Under the pieces are notes generated by a model. It saw only the letters and a list, made by a program, of their open reading frames with translations, searched no databases and was not told where the DNA came from. The translations under genes were made by a program, and so were the position numbers. DNA of 64,000 nucleotides from Antedon mediterranea. Its lineage: Eukaryota; Animalia; Echinodermata. How positions within the stretch are numbered: the stretch's first letter is position 1; each line of letters begins with the position of its first letter. The stretch covers positions 24,007,237 to 24,071,236 of the forward strand of contig NC_092672.1 in NCBI RefSeq assembly GCF_964355755.1, written 5' to 3'. Positions 1 through 13,800 of this stretch are shown here, piece by piece.

Positions 1-3000
1 TCGTAAGAATAAAATGTGATAATCACGATTAAAACGTTTTCTTGAAGCTATTGGATTGTAGATACAAAATCATGTGAAAATTTTGCCAATCGGATGTGGT
101 GACGTCATCATATGGCCAGTTAAATAAAAAAAGTCGTATTTTCATATTTTGCGTCATAGTTCATTACATTTAAAAGAGCGCGCATTAATATTTCACGTAT
201 TCAAATTTCTTCTACACGTTAATATGTTGTTGCTGAGATAATTTCCTTCCAAAATTGCTACCTTCGCGTTTCATTTTAAAATCATCAACATGTTAAAAAT
301 TGCAATAAATAGCGGGTCCCGGAATTTCCGCTATTCTACACTGTATGTGATATGTATACAGATTACACTGTATACTATATGTGACCCGATCTGGCAAAAC
401 CCTCTCTTTGTCGGCAATTCAAAATTCACGTAATCAGTCAAAATACGTCCAAATCGACTACCCTGACAGATTACATGTTTTTGCATTTTCGAAATATTTC
501 ACTATTTAAGAATACGTCTACCTGATTTAAACTCCCGAAATTTAACTAAAATTATGAAAAAAAGAGAGTTTTAAAAACATGTATTTTCCTCAAGCCTAAC
601 AATTTATTCACGATCTACGCTAAAATTTTGCGTAAATTGAGTTGAAAGTTGCCGAGTTTTACGACATTTTGATCGCCAGTTCGCTGCACAATGTTGAAAG
701 GTCACGCATCAAAATAAAGCTCATCCATTTGACATTCCAAATATGGAAGTTTTAGGGCGGAGTTTAAAGAAGGAACCAATGAAAACTTTGATTTACTATG
801 ACATCATTTCAGAAAATTCGGTTCTTCGAAGTTTCTGGAACAGCGAACTGCGTGTGTTGCTATGGCGCATCATCGCAATAACAAACGTTATTGGTCAACG
901 CGCTAGATGTTATACGCTCTACGCGCGGAAATAAAAAGTTGTTTACATTTTTGTGAGGTTATTTTTATTTTACACACAGCATGTCATTGGAATAAAAACG
1001 ATTTTAATATTCAAAGTAAAGTGTTCTGCAATAGCTGTAGTGTGTATTTGTTTATTCCATAGTAAAATAGACAAGTCAAAAACAATTCACGTCATAAATT
1101 CAATTGTATTTTCTATTTTTTTTTTGGGCTAGTAGGCCCTAGGCCTAATTTTATTATGGTTGTAGGCCTACTACTACTGGGCCTAGCTTTATATTATTGT
1201 CAATAGTTTTATTTATACATTTTATATATCCAATCGGCTCTTAATTATTTATTTAATTTATTGTCCATTCCTTTAATATTAAATGTTTTTTTAAATCATT
1301 GGATTCAAGCCCAAACATCACAGCGAATCTTCCATGTTATGAAAAAAAAACCAAATGTAATCGTCAATACAGTGTATTAGCTTGCAATTAGCTGTGACTC
1401 TGCAAGGCGCCTAACTTGTCTAGACTAACGCTAGCCCCCGTGTCGATGCACCGCTGCCATACACGGCCTGATGAACACCCATCATCAGTAGGTCTTAATA
1501 CAGGCGATGACGGCGAAAATCTGAATAGGCGCGCCTAGGCCTAGGCCTAGGCCTGCTTGGTTTTTTGCCGTTGATATCGTAAACACTTCCGAAACCAACA
1601 TTAGCTTGGTAGTTATAATGCTGCTTTTCAATAGTGCAAAATAGTTAATTTGAGTGACTAAATAGGTTAAAACGGCGTCTGAAATCAGTCAAATTGACCA
1701 TGTGTCCACGCTGCTGCTATATCGCACACACTTCCTGGTATGACGTCATTGTGCCTTAGACCAAAATAGCGCGTTGCTACGCGGAGTGAGTTTTCAGCGC
1801 GTATCAAAAAGAATTTCATTGAAAACTTCAAACGCGATTTTCTCGTAAACTAATTGAATGATTTGTAAGTTTTTAAAATATAATAACTTTTTAAATATTT
1901 ACTAAATTTTTATGAAATAAACACCATTGCAAAGCTTATGATTCAAATAATCCAAATATATAAAAAAATACAAAATGAATATTTCCGACAAAAGTAGGGT
2001 TTGCCAGATCGGGTCACATATATGAATCAAAATAATAGAATTCAGCAATAACAACATATCATAGTCTTCAGTTCATGTCATAATGCCATAATCTTTTTCA
2101 GTGTGCAATATTCCAACGTATGGCGTGCACGTGGCGTTTGTCGTGCGGATAACTAACTCGTCAAAGTGACGAGTTTCATGTCTAGTTAGTTATCCGCTTC
2201 GTAGCGGATAACTCCTTGTAATCGTCCTGTTTCATCATATTTTTTTTTTTTTTCTGTATTATACTTCTTTCCTTCTGTCATTTTTGTGCGTCGCGTTTCT
2301 CTAAAACTTGTAAACAGAACATATCGTAACTTTGTCAACATATTGACATTTACGTGAACTTGTGCACCTCCTATTTTTGAATGACGTCAGAGTTGCGCAA
2401 CGTGACTTACGCGCGATTTTATGAATTTCAATGATTGATCATAGACTAAAAACGAAACATAATTTTGTTTTGACACTTTGTGAAAATTTAAGTCACATCA
2501 AGCGCAAACTTTCTATGGATTAAAAATAGCATGTTTCACAAAAAGTTACGCGCGCACGCGCGTTTAAAATTTTAGAGTGCGAAAAATCAACTTCTAATCA
2601 ACTTTCTATGCGTTTCATGTCATTTTGAGCATGTCAAAAATTCCCACGCGCGTGAAACTTTTTACGCACGCGGTACACACGTAGCGTTAAAAACATATTT
2701 TTTTCGCGTGATTTATGTTTTTTCAGCCTTTTATAGTAATGTTACCAACTTTTAAACAATTTCGACTTAAAATTACGTCATACGAGCACGTCGAATTAAA
2801 TAATTTGCACGCGTTTCTGGTGAAAAAGTTCAAAAATTCGTCAAAATTATGCCTATTTTTAAACAGTCATAGATTCTAAACTACATGGAGAACTTTTTTT
2901 AAATTACATATTCTGGAAGTTGATGAGTTGTAGATATTGAATCATGCATTAATATGGCTAACCGGACATTGTGACGTCATCGTATGGCCACGCGAATATA

Positions 3001-5147
3001 AAATATAGGATTTTTGTCTCCTTTGTCATAGCTCATCACATTTAATAGAGCGCATCTCCACTTATTCGTTGTCTATTTTCACCCCGATTTTAATATATTC
3101 TAGGTCAATCAACTATCTTTTGCATGAATTAAAAATTTTTAAATTTTTTTAACGTCATCATGCCTAACAATTTAAATTACATTGGTCATTAATTTCATCT
3201 TTACAGTAAATTTTAATCTGTTATAGCTCGTAAGAATAAAATGTGATAATCACGATTAAAACGTTTTCAGGAAGCTATTGTATAGTAGATACAAAATCAT
3301 GTGAAAATTTTGCCAATCGAATGTTGTGACGTTATCATATGGCCAGTTAAATACAAAAAGTCGTATTTTCATCTTTTGCGTTATATTTCATTACATTTAA
3401 AAGAGCGCGCATCAATATTTCACGTATTCCAATTTCTTCTACACGTTAATATGTTGTTGCTGAGATAATTTCATTCTGAAATTTCTACTTTTGCATTTCA
3501 TTTTGAAACCGTCAAGATGTTAAAAATTACAATAAAATACGGGTCCCGTAATTTCACCTATTTTACACTGTTTGTGATATGTTTACAGATTGTACTGTGT
3601 ATACTATGTATATGACACAAAATAACAGAATTCAGAAATAACAACATATCATATTCTTCAGTTCAGGTCATAATGCCTTAATATTTTTCTGTGTGCAATA
3701 TTCTAACGTATGACGTGCACGTGGCGTTTGTCGAGCGGATAACTAACTCGTCAAAGTGACGAGTTTCATGTCTAGTTCTTCTTCTTTCTTTCTGTATGAT
3801 TTTTGTGTAACGCTTTTCTCTAAAACTCGCAAACATAACATTTCGGTAACTATCTTAACATATTGACATTTACGTAACGTCGTCAAGCGAAGCTTTTCAT
3901 GACGTTTACAATTGCACAACGTGACTTACGCGCAATTTAACGATTTTGTCGTATTTAACATAGCTCGACAACCAAATAACATTTCAACTTGAAAATTTGC
4001 AAAAGTTTAATTTATATCATGCGCTAACTTTCTGTTGAAAAAAAATTGCGTATTTTATACAAAGTTACGCGCGCACGCACATTTAGAATTTCAAAATGCG
4101 CAAAATTAATTTATAATCAACTTTCTACGCGTTTCATGTCGTTTTAAGCATGTCAAAAATTCCCACGCGTTCGCACATTTCTACGTGTGCGGTGCGCACG
4201 TAGCATTGAAAACGTATTTTTTTCGCGTGATTTATGTTTTTCCAGCCTTTTCTAGTAATTTTACCAAATTTTAAACAATTTCGACTTAAAGATACGTCAT
4301 ACGAGCACGTCGAATTGGACAATTTGCGCGCGTTTTTTATGAAAAGGTTAAAAAATTCGCTTAAAATATGCATTTTTTTAAACAGTCGTAATTTCTAAAC
4401 TAGACGGTTAAATTTTTGTGGATGACATATTCTGGAAGTAGATGAGTTGTAGATATCGGATCAGGTATTAATATGGCTAACCGGACATTGTGACGTCATC
4501 GTATGGCCACGCGAATATAAAATTTTGGATTTTTGTATCTTTCGTCATAGCTCATCACATTGAATAGAGCGCATCTCCCCTTATCCGTTTTCCATTTTCA
4601 CCCCGATTTTGATATTGTCTAGGTCAATCAACTATCTTTCGCATGAAATAAAAATATTTTAATTTTTTTGACGTCATCGTGCCTAAAAATTTAAATCACG
4701 TGTGGCATCAATTTCATCTTTACAGTAAATTTTAATCTGTTATAGCTCGTAAGAATAAAATGTGATAATCACGATTAAAACTTTTTCTGGAAGCTATTGG
4801 ATTGTAGATATGAAATTATGTAAAAATGTTGCCAATCGGATGTTGTGACGTCATCATATGGCCAGTTAAATAAAAAAGGTCGTATTTTCATCTTTTGCGT
4901 CATAATTCATTACATTTAAAAGAGCGCGCATCAATATTTAACGTATTCAAATTTCTTCTACACGCTAATACGTTGTTGCTGAGATAATTTCCTTTCGGAA
5001 TTGCTAACTTCGCGTTTCATTTTAAAACCGTCAACATGTTAAAAATTGCAATAAATAGCGGGTCCCGTAATTTCATAATAATGTTAATGTTGCACCACTT
5101 GCGCGGCGGATAACCAAACTCGTCAAAGTGACGAGTTACATGTCTAG
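1..5147 (+). mobile_element. Three adjacent or nested non-autonomous HINE/Helentron-like elements (family A): <1-2185, 2186-3775, 3776-5147
   Basis: Each ends gcggataac(t/c)-hairpin aactcgtc-aaagt-gacgagtt-...-CTAG followed by TT. Copy 2 starts with the hairpin agttatccgc-ttcgta-gcggataact. Cores of about 1.4-1.6 kb are shared. Confidence 0.8.
380..2018. mobile_element. Non-autonomous TIR DNA transposon (unclassified) inserted in HINE copy 1
   Basis: TIRs tgtgacccgatctggcaaaaccct...tttgtcgg / ccgacaaaa...agggtttgccagatcgggtcaca, flanked by TATA (or TA). The homologous site near 3605 is empty. Confidence 0.85.
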
Positions 5148-5492
5148 TTATACTTGGCCTCTATGTTGACAGCCAAAACACAGTTATTGTTTATTGAACA
5201 TAGGTCTTACAAACTAATGTCTGCATACTGTACATATCTCAAAGACCCTCTGTGCACAGTTTGAGTTTACAAATTCCCATTTAAACTTTCTTACCAGACG
5301 TGCTTTGGGGTGTGCTCATGCCCAGTTTGTGTTTCTAAATACCCATTTTTTCAGCCTCAGCAATCTATTATAAACTTCTGCATGGCTAATGCTTCCGTTC
5401 TCTTGAATGTAACCTGCCTAAAGGACTGGTGCGAAAATTATTGTTTACTTTTGAAAATTAACTTTTTTATTTATTTTATTTACTGAAGTATA

Positions 5493-6235
5493 AACAAGGC
5501 CAACAGCCATTAAGTCGCGTGCTACAATGCATAGTGATACCGGACCGACAGACAGACGACAGACAGACCGACCGACCGACATAGTGAACTATACTGACCG
5601 AAATTACTGAACATGTTTAAAAATGTTGAAATGTTTAAAAACATTTATATTTTTTTTAATTTACACGTGCGTAGCCTGTCACTTTTGACGTGCTCGTATA
5701 ACGTAATTTCGAGTTGAAAAGTAAGTCAAGAAAACAAAAATCGGGCAAAAAGAGGGACCAACATTTAACGCGCAGTGCGCGCGCAAAAATATGCGCACTC
5801 ATGGCAATTTTGTAAACGCTTAAAATTGCCTGAAACGTACTCTTATTTCATCTAAAATAAATTTTCAAAATTTTAAGCGCGCGTACGCATGCGTTACATG
5901 CGCTACGCACGTAATTGTATTGCGATATGATGATTTATGCCCTGAAATTTATGAGTACCAAATTTTATTTGATTGTGATTCATGGTTGTGAAGATATGAT
6001 TACAAACGTGATTTCGTTAAATCGTGCGTAGACCGCGTAGTTTTTTATTGCGCACCGTGAAAACATAACCACATCGATTCCTGGCCATAAGGAATATACT
6101 GTGAAAAATTGACCTAGCTAGATTAAACTGATATCAAGATAAGGTCAGAAAGCGATAAAACGCATAGTGATACCGGACCGACCGACCGACCGACCGACAT
6201 AGTGAACTATAGAGTCGCTTCCACGCGACTAAAAA
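5493..6235 (-). mobile_element. HINE/DINE-1-like element with (GGTC)n microsatellite (family C)
   Basis: Minus-strand 5' end ttttagtcgcgtggaagcgactc followed by (ggtc)n; the subterminal gtcgcgtg recurs near 5515. The core (5660-6150) is homologous to 24605-25130. Confidence 0.72.
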
Positions 6236-6931
6236 TGTTGATGGGATAAGCAATGATTATGGAACATACAGCACTTTATTTGTTTATTGGTATACTCCTG
6301 GTGAGCATGGTCTACTATGAAAGTTTTAGCCTCAGTGAATATTATTCACATCCTATACACAATATATTGAACTTTTTGTCTTCAATGTTCATCAAAATAA
6401 TATATTAATATCAGATTATTTATTTTTGTTTTTAAATTAGTTATATAGGATTTATATAATTTTTTATTAGATAATTGTTAGTTGCATTAAATTTGTTTGA
6501 AATGTCAGTATGTATACATATGAATAAATAATGTTTATTATTTCTTTTATAATTACTGTATAATGTCTTATTTCCAGTGATTGTTTTTGTTATTTCCTTG
6601 AAATAAAAAGAATATAACATTTTTTTTGGTGTAAATTTTAATCATTTTAATAAGTCAATTCAAAAAATATAAAACACAAATAATAAAGATGTTATAAAAT
6701 CTATTAAAATGTATAAATTTTAATATTTTTTACATTGATATGATTTGTTTGGCATCAGCCAAACCTTCACCCATTTTAAAGACAGGCTTGAGCTATCCAT
6801 GGAGGTATGAAAATGGTCATGGTATTTCTAAAAACTGTCCATTTGATCTAACAAATTTAAAAAATGAAAACATGTTTATACATATATCTGTTATGTGGTT
6901 CAAAAAGATGTCTACAAAACTTGTTTATCTA

Positions 6932-7038
6932 TTTTAGTCGTGTGCAACGTGACTCTACAGCTCACTATGTTGGTCGGTCGGTAAACACTAACTCAAATTT
7001 GCGCACACGACTGCAGCCATGTATATGGCCTTGTTTTT
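6932..7038 (+). mobile_element. Miniature (about 105 bp) family C HINE
   Basis: ttttagtcgtgtgcaacgtgactctacagctcactatgttggtcggtcgg ... cacgact, then hairpin gccat-gtat-atggc and cttgtttt. Confidence 0.65.
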
Positions 7039-7721
7039 TTATCAGATTAAACTCAACATTAATATTGTTACAATCAAATGTGTGTATGTCAAACCTCTCA
7101 AGACAGACAATGTTTTGTTGGTACACTAACAAATCTTTCTTTAGAATAGTGCAGGCCATTATCTCTGATAATATAAAATAATAGATTTGCATTACATACA
7201 AAATAATAACCATGTGCAAGGCTTCCAATTGAAATGAAAGTACCAAAGCAATCGATAAAATAGGATATGCTACACTCACAATAACTTGTACTAGCTAATG
7301 CCACCATCACACCATAGAGCAATGAACTATTTCTTTGCTCTATGATCGCACAAAGGATAATTTAAATATTAAGTTTTAAACATGCCCCTGAAAGTAAAAG
7401 TTGGTACACTAAACCAATCCAGTAATTTAATATTTAAACAATATTAGATTAAAAAAAAGTTAAATAATTTAAATACCAGGCAACAACATTTTTATGTAAA
7501 AACTGGAATAATAATAAAAATGTATACAAAAGTAGAAATAAAATTTTTAAAAGCTAATTTGATAGTATTTGTGTGCATTGTGTATATGATCACACAGCAA
7601 ATACAAGTTACAAATTGAATTTGAAAATTTGAACTTAATGGATGTATAATTATATAAAATATTAATTAACCAATAAATATGTAAAAGATGTAGGCCTAAC
7701 TTGTATGATTTTATATTTTAG

Positions 7722-7820
7722 TTTGGACGCTCAGCTTTGCATTTGGCAGCTAGGACAGGTCACTCAGCCTGCTGTAACCTTCTGGTTGATGCAGGGTCAG
7801 ACATCAATATTCAAGACATA
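7722..7820 (+). CDS. Exon: single ankyrin repeat (99 nt, phase 0-0)
   Basis: tttag|...|gtaagt; FGRSALHLAARTGHSACCNLLVDAGSDINIQDI fits the 33-aa ankyrin consensus. Confidence 0.88.
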
Positions 7821-10800
7821 GTAAGTTATACATTCTTTCATAGTCATATTTTTTGATATTTTGTATTTTAAATATAATGATCTTTTGAGTAGTAATATCT
7901 GCATGTTATAATGCTATTTAATGTTTTTATTTAACTGTATTGATGCTAGAATTGGCATTATTTGAAGTTTTTCAATATATTTTTTCCTCTGATATTTAGT
8001 CATAAAAATTGCTATGACACTATACATTTTGTCATATTTAAAATGGACCTGAAATGGATTTTCGATTTTTTTCATTTTAGAATGATGTTTTGGGGGCTAT
8101 TAGGTGTTGCTAGAATGTATATTGTTACAAAATATAAATTGGCCCTTTTGGGGAAAGCCCCATTTGAAAATCAAAAAAATTCGCGGATGACGTCACTTTG
8201 CGAATATATTCCTATCCCTCCAATGGACAATTTGCAGTTTTTTGGCTATAACTCTTGAAATCTATGGAGTATTTTCTAAAAAAATGCTTGTGCATTTGCA
8301 GAAACGTTATTAGAATTTTTTTAGATAAAATTATTACCGTATAAACGGTTATTCATCGAGTAAATGACGATTTAAAATCTTAAAATCAACGGTTTTTTTC
8401 TGGCAATACCGAAGTTGGCCTGGCAACGTTGTCCGGGATACAACTCCGTGCGCAATGGTGCGTATCCATATTTTCCGTTCGTGTATTTTGTATCGTTCGT
8501 AATTTATACTGCTAAAATGTGTTAGTTTCTTTAGTTTTTAGTTTAGCAGAATTAAATTAGTAATATGAGATGATAATTTATTTGTCATGAATCAGGCAGT
8601 TCGAAAACGAATTTTATTCATATTTTACTTTGGCTTGACAATGAGTGCAGCAAGTTGTTGATATCGCTTTGGTCCTTGGATGATGCACATGAAACGGAGC
8701 CTCGCCGCATGATGTGGGTGGTGGATCGACTCCGCGCACTGGATTGGGGGCCTAGGCCTAGTAAAGGTTTGGGAGGTAGGCCTTCTAAATTCAGGTTTTA
8801 GAACAAACGAAGTACATTTTAGGGACCTATATTTCAAAAACATTAAATATTGAATAAATTAGTATTAGTGTCAACGCTTCTGCGTATCTTTCCAGGCCTT
8901 CGATCATTCACTGACTATTGGGCGGCATACCCCTTACCAAAGGAGAATGCTTAAATAGCCTTCGCTAACCATTCACTAGGCATTCGAATGCTAATTTACA
9001 GGTAATTTTTAGAATTTAGGCATTCATGGTTAAAACCACTTAATCGGAATGCTAAGAAAACTTTCCAAGCATTCTTTAGGAATGCTTACAAGAGTCAATA
9101 AGCATTCTGAAGCTATCCCGAATGGTAGTGTGAATGCTAAGTTCATTGGTAGCATTCAGGGAGATATTTTGAATGGTAGTGTGAATGCTGAGATCATTGG
9201 TAGCATTCAGGAAGAGATTTTGAATGGTAGTGTGAATGCCAAGATCATTGGTAGCATTCAGGGAGATATTCTGAATGGTATTGTGAATGCTAAGAACATT
9301 GGTAGCATTCAGGGAGATATTTTGAATGGTAGTGTGAATGCTAAGAACATTGGTAGCATTCAGGGAGATATGTTGAATGGTAGTGTGAATGCTAAGATCA
9401 TTGGTAGCATTCAGGAAGAGATTTTGAATGGTAAACAGGGAAATAATTGAATGCTCAACCAATCAGATCAATCCTCACCAACTTCCAAAAAAACAACCAC
9501 CAATTCAAATTCAAGAGACCAAATGGCTAGAGAAAGGCTGAGTTGAGTGAGTGAGGATGCCTACAGTAGACTGCAGCCTTCCTTCTTTTTACAGCTTACC
9601 TGCTGGCAACCCTGACACAGATTTTGCTGATATAAAAGGTATTATAGCTAGTAGCTATACTTGTTCTTTTATCATTCTATATTTGGCTACTAACTAGCTA
9701 GGCCTAATAATAATAGGAGGAGTATAGCCACACACAGCCTACTAAGTTGAGTTCAGCAGAGAGGGACCAGGGCTAGGCTACAGTAGATAGTGAGTGCCCT
9801 GGTTACATTGTGTAGCTGGCCTAGGCTAGTTATAGTATACTCTAGAACCACATTGTATCACTGATCAAAAAGAAGGGCTAACTAAACTATAAAAGCAATT
9901 TTAAATAAAAGCAGTTTTCACTCCATCGTTTATTTTATTATAAGACAATGGGATGGTGGAGGCATTTTTATGCCATGGCAGATTATTTCCTTAATTCCAA
10001 CATTTGAAATGAATAAAAACAGTAACACAACATGTATTTATTTTAAAAAGGGTAAATATTAAATAAAATCCTTTTTATTAAACCTGAATGATACTAATAT
10101 AATAGTCCTTCTACAGACTAGAGAATATAGTGCATAATTCAGTTTTATCTGCTATATACTGACTGTACATAAAGGAACATAGAAAACAAAACAAAGAGTC
10201 CAACAGGAGTGCATTGGACAAATCATCTGTTGATGCCATTAGAGGTTTTTAACTATAAATTTTAAATCTATTTTATCATGTTCATGTCTTATAAACATGC
10301 CTTCAATGATCAATTAAATATGAGGGAAAATTGAATCCCACCATTTCTCTTTGTTTTAATTGCTTAATCATTCTTTTTATCTTTAATTTTTTTTCACAGG
10401 GTGTCGGTTTTTATTTCATTAACATATTTCAATTTTTTTTTTTGCAGAGTATATCAAGGTCGTGGCAGTAAAAAATGATTGGACTCCTGTTAGCCCGGTA
10501 GAATTTAACAAGAAGTTTGTGTCTAAATGCACCAATGCACGCCGGAGTCTACATAAATAGATAAATATTTTATATATAATTTTTATTTTCATTTATCATA
10601 TCTTTATATTCTCAATTTTGTCCAAGTATTCTCACTTGCACAGATAAAGTGCTAGTGTTGCCAATAGCTCTGCTAATTGATAATTTTTTAGCTTTTTGCT
10701 TACTTTAGTTTGTATCTCCATTGAGATCCACAGCATTGTCATTTTTTTCAGTAATTTGCCTTTTATATATATAGTGTATATATATATTTCTTTGAAGATG

Positions 10801-13800
10801 CCTCCATAAGGAAATTCATGGTGTCAATTGAAGTTTTAAATTAAATATTTTAAAGTAGTTAATTTTGATAATTGTTCATTTGTATATGGCCTTTTTGTCA
10901 TATACAGTATAAGTAAAAATTAAAGTAAAGACATCTTTTATTTTAATGTCTCTTATTGTATATTTGAAGAATTTTTTCGCTTTTCATTTTAGATTAATCT
11001 TCATAAAAAAAGTGAGAAATCTGTATCACAACATTTCCCACTGTAGAATTTGAATGCTTTAGCATTCAATTCGCTCACTAGCATTCACAGTGTAACAGTT
11101 GTGTACCAATATTTGAATGTGTAGTTTTGAATGCTAGACCACGCCCACTAAAAAAGCTCACTAGCACATTCATCTACTAGCATTCGAATGCTAGGCTAGC
11201 ATTCCCCTACTAGCATTCGAATGCTAGGCTAAGCCTTCCAGATTTAGCATTCGAATGCTAGTATAGCATTCAACTAGTAGCATTCGAATGCTAGTGCTAC
11301 AATTCACATGCTTAGCTCATTTACATAATTCGGCTCCCTGGAAGGCTTAGCGAAGGCTTAGTGAATGCTAAGAAGCATTCGAAGGAAGGCTTAGCGAAGG
11401 CTTAGTGAATGCTAAATTCAGTCATTGAATGCTTATATACCACTAGTATTCGAATGCTAAGTATTAGCCCTTCGAATACCAATAATAGCATTCCAGGAGT
11501 AGCATTCGAATGCTTTGTGAATGGTAAGTGAAGGCATTCAGCTTTGGTAAGGGACACGCTCTCGATATCATCGTGTGTATATGTGACGTCGTGAATATAG
11601 ACGCCCGTATTCTTAAACCGGACTTTAGTCGTAGTTCGAGCTAAAACTAAAAAAATGACGTCATTTTAATTCATAAACCGAACTTCAACTAAATCACTGA
11701 CTAAATCAGGCCAACCTCGACTAAATCGAGACGGATTTTGATCGATTTTTTAAGATTTTATTTGTTGTTAATCAAATATACTTCACTGTTAAATTAATAC
11801 TGATATTGTTCTAATAATTAACGATTACAATTATTTTTCATGTATATAGTCCTGATGCGTAAAAAGTGTTGTAAGAAATGGAAAGTGATATCAATGCGCA
11901 AAATTTTGTCTGCTCCTCAAATACTCTCTTGTCATTGGCCAATGTATAGCCTTTGTTACCCAGACGTGTGCAACTCGACTAAAAGCTCGACTTCATTAAG
12001 TCGAACTGCAAACTTCAACTACTTCGTTTTTGAATCGAATTTGAAGTAATAGCTCGAACTACGACTTTTCCAAGTCGAACTTCGAACTACGACTAAAGTC
12101 CGGTTTAAGAATACGGGCGAGAGGCTTCCGACGGCCGTTGAAATAGAATATTGCAATGGCGTGAGTAATTTTCGCTAATTTACCATGGTATCTTAAAATT
12201 TCGTTTTTACTCAAAATACTATACATTTTGTTTTTATTTGTATGGGTTTGTGTTAATTTGATACATTTAAATAACATGTGTGAATTTCTTGAAAATCGAA
12301 ATTCCATTTCAGGTCCATTTTAAACATTTCCATTGAACTCTTTATAAAACAATGAAAACTACAGCAACATACTATTGAAATATAATCCTTATTCCAAAGT
12401 GTAGAAATACAGTAATTAAGTCGGAATTATGTACACTTCTATTACACAAAATTTCAATTTTTTTTAGTTCATTTTCACAAAACTGTTTAATAACTTTTGA
12501 AACACTATGATTCTACCTATATATCACATAGAGGTACAAATGATCAAATATGCTAGTTGATAGACATATAGACTATTCATTTATTTTATAATTATTATCA
12601 TACTCATTTGCCATACTCTCCTTTATTCCTTTCAACAACATCACCACCAACTCCAACCACCTCCTGGTTATAGTCACCACCACCAATCCCAAGAATGATG
12701 ATGCAGAATTTGGTTGAGAGCTAAAGTGATCTTTTAATACACACCACAATTATAGTTCTTTGTTATTAGGTTGTAATTATTTTTTCCATATAAAATATAA
12801 GATACAGAGAGTATATCTGCCACATTTATTCTTTCTTTATACTCAGGATTAACAAACATAAATAAAACTGAAATAGCGGCACAAATATAATTTTGTAAGT
12901 TATTTACCGTACCTAGTTTTTAACAAATCACCTTACATAATAATTACAGTATCAAACCACCATTACAATGTCATACAAAATGTAAAAATAAACAAATCAT
13001 CATTAGCATGGTGATGATTGATCCATAGCAATATTTTTAGTCTATTTAAAAAAATGTTTATTTCTTAAAATTTATTTAGATATACATACACACATAGTAA
13101 ATTATAGTAAACAAAAAATACATGGAAATTGTTTAACACTAAACAACCTACATTAGAGGTGAAATACCACTAAGAAACACAAGAAAGCTGAACTTAGACT
13201 TAAATGTACTACACAACTGTAACAAGTTCAGAGTGTATCCAACATTTAACATTATGACATATTTTAGACCACTGACAATGGTGATCACCAGTGCTTCGCA
13301 AAGTCTGCAGTTGCACTTTATATCATGTTTTATTCATTGATATTTATCTCCATCATCCAACTTTATCAAACAAAACATTTTTTAGGATAAACATACAGTA
13401 GCTATATGTAAGGTTCAACTTTAACAATTTTAAAAAGTTTAACATTTTCTAACATTAATGTTAAAAGATTACTTTTAAAAGAACTTATATTATAATTTCA
13501 ATTTTCAGTACAAGCTATTTAACAATTTAAAAAAAATATATGCCAAGTTATTGTAGCATAACTTTATATTTTAATCAATGGATGTAAATGACTTTGCATT
13601 ATATAAATGTATTACAATTGTTTATAAACTCTTAATTGTTGTAGATTCTATTTCAGTACAACCTTTTTTTAAAACTAATATTGACCTTGATTCATCCTTG
13701 TTTCAGTTTGATGGTCCTACCTTTTCAATAGAATTACATTCATGTTCACAGAGTAAATCAAGATTTATCTCCTTTAAAATTAAATTCAATAAAACTATAT

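Larger units (their letters stand above)
8042..12319. mobile_element. Non-autonomous TTAA-specific DNA transposon (Kolobok-like), copy 1, carrying two nested elements
   Basis: TTAA on both sides; TIR aatggacctgaaatggattttcgatttt / aaaatcgaaattccatttcaggtccatt. A second copy is at 16099-21633. Confidence 0.85.

Noticed and set aside
7962-8258. Duplicated ORF MDLKWIFDFFHF (also 16100-16315)
   Set aside because: Reads through the TIR of a non-autonomous transposon; the duplication reflects element copies.
9049-9462. Overlapping 133-aa and 128-aa repeat ORFs on both strands
   Set aside because: By-product of a stop-free 51-bp subterminal repeat made of the element's gaatgcta/tagcattc motifs.
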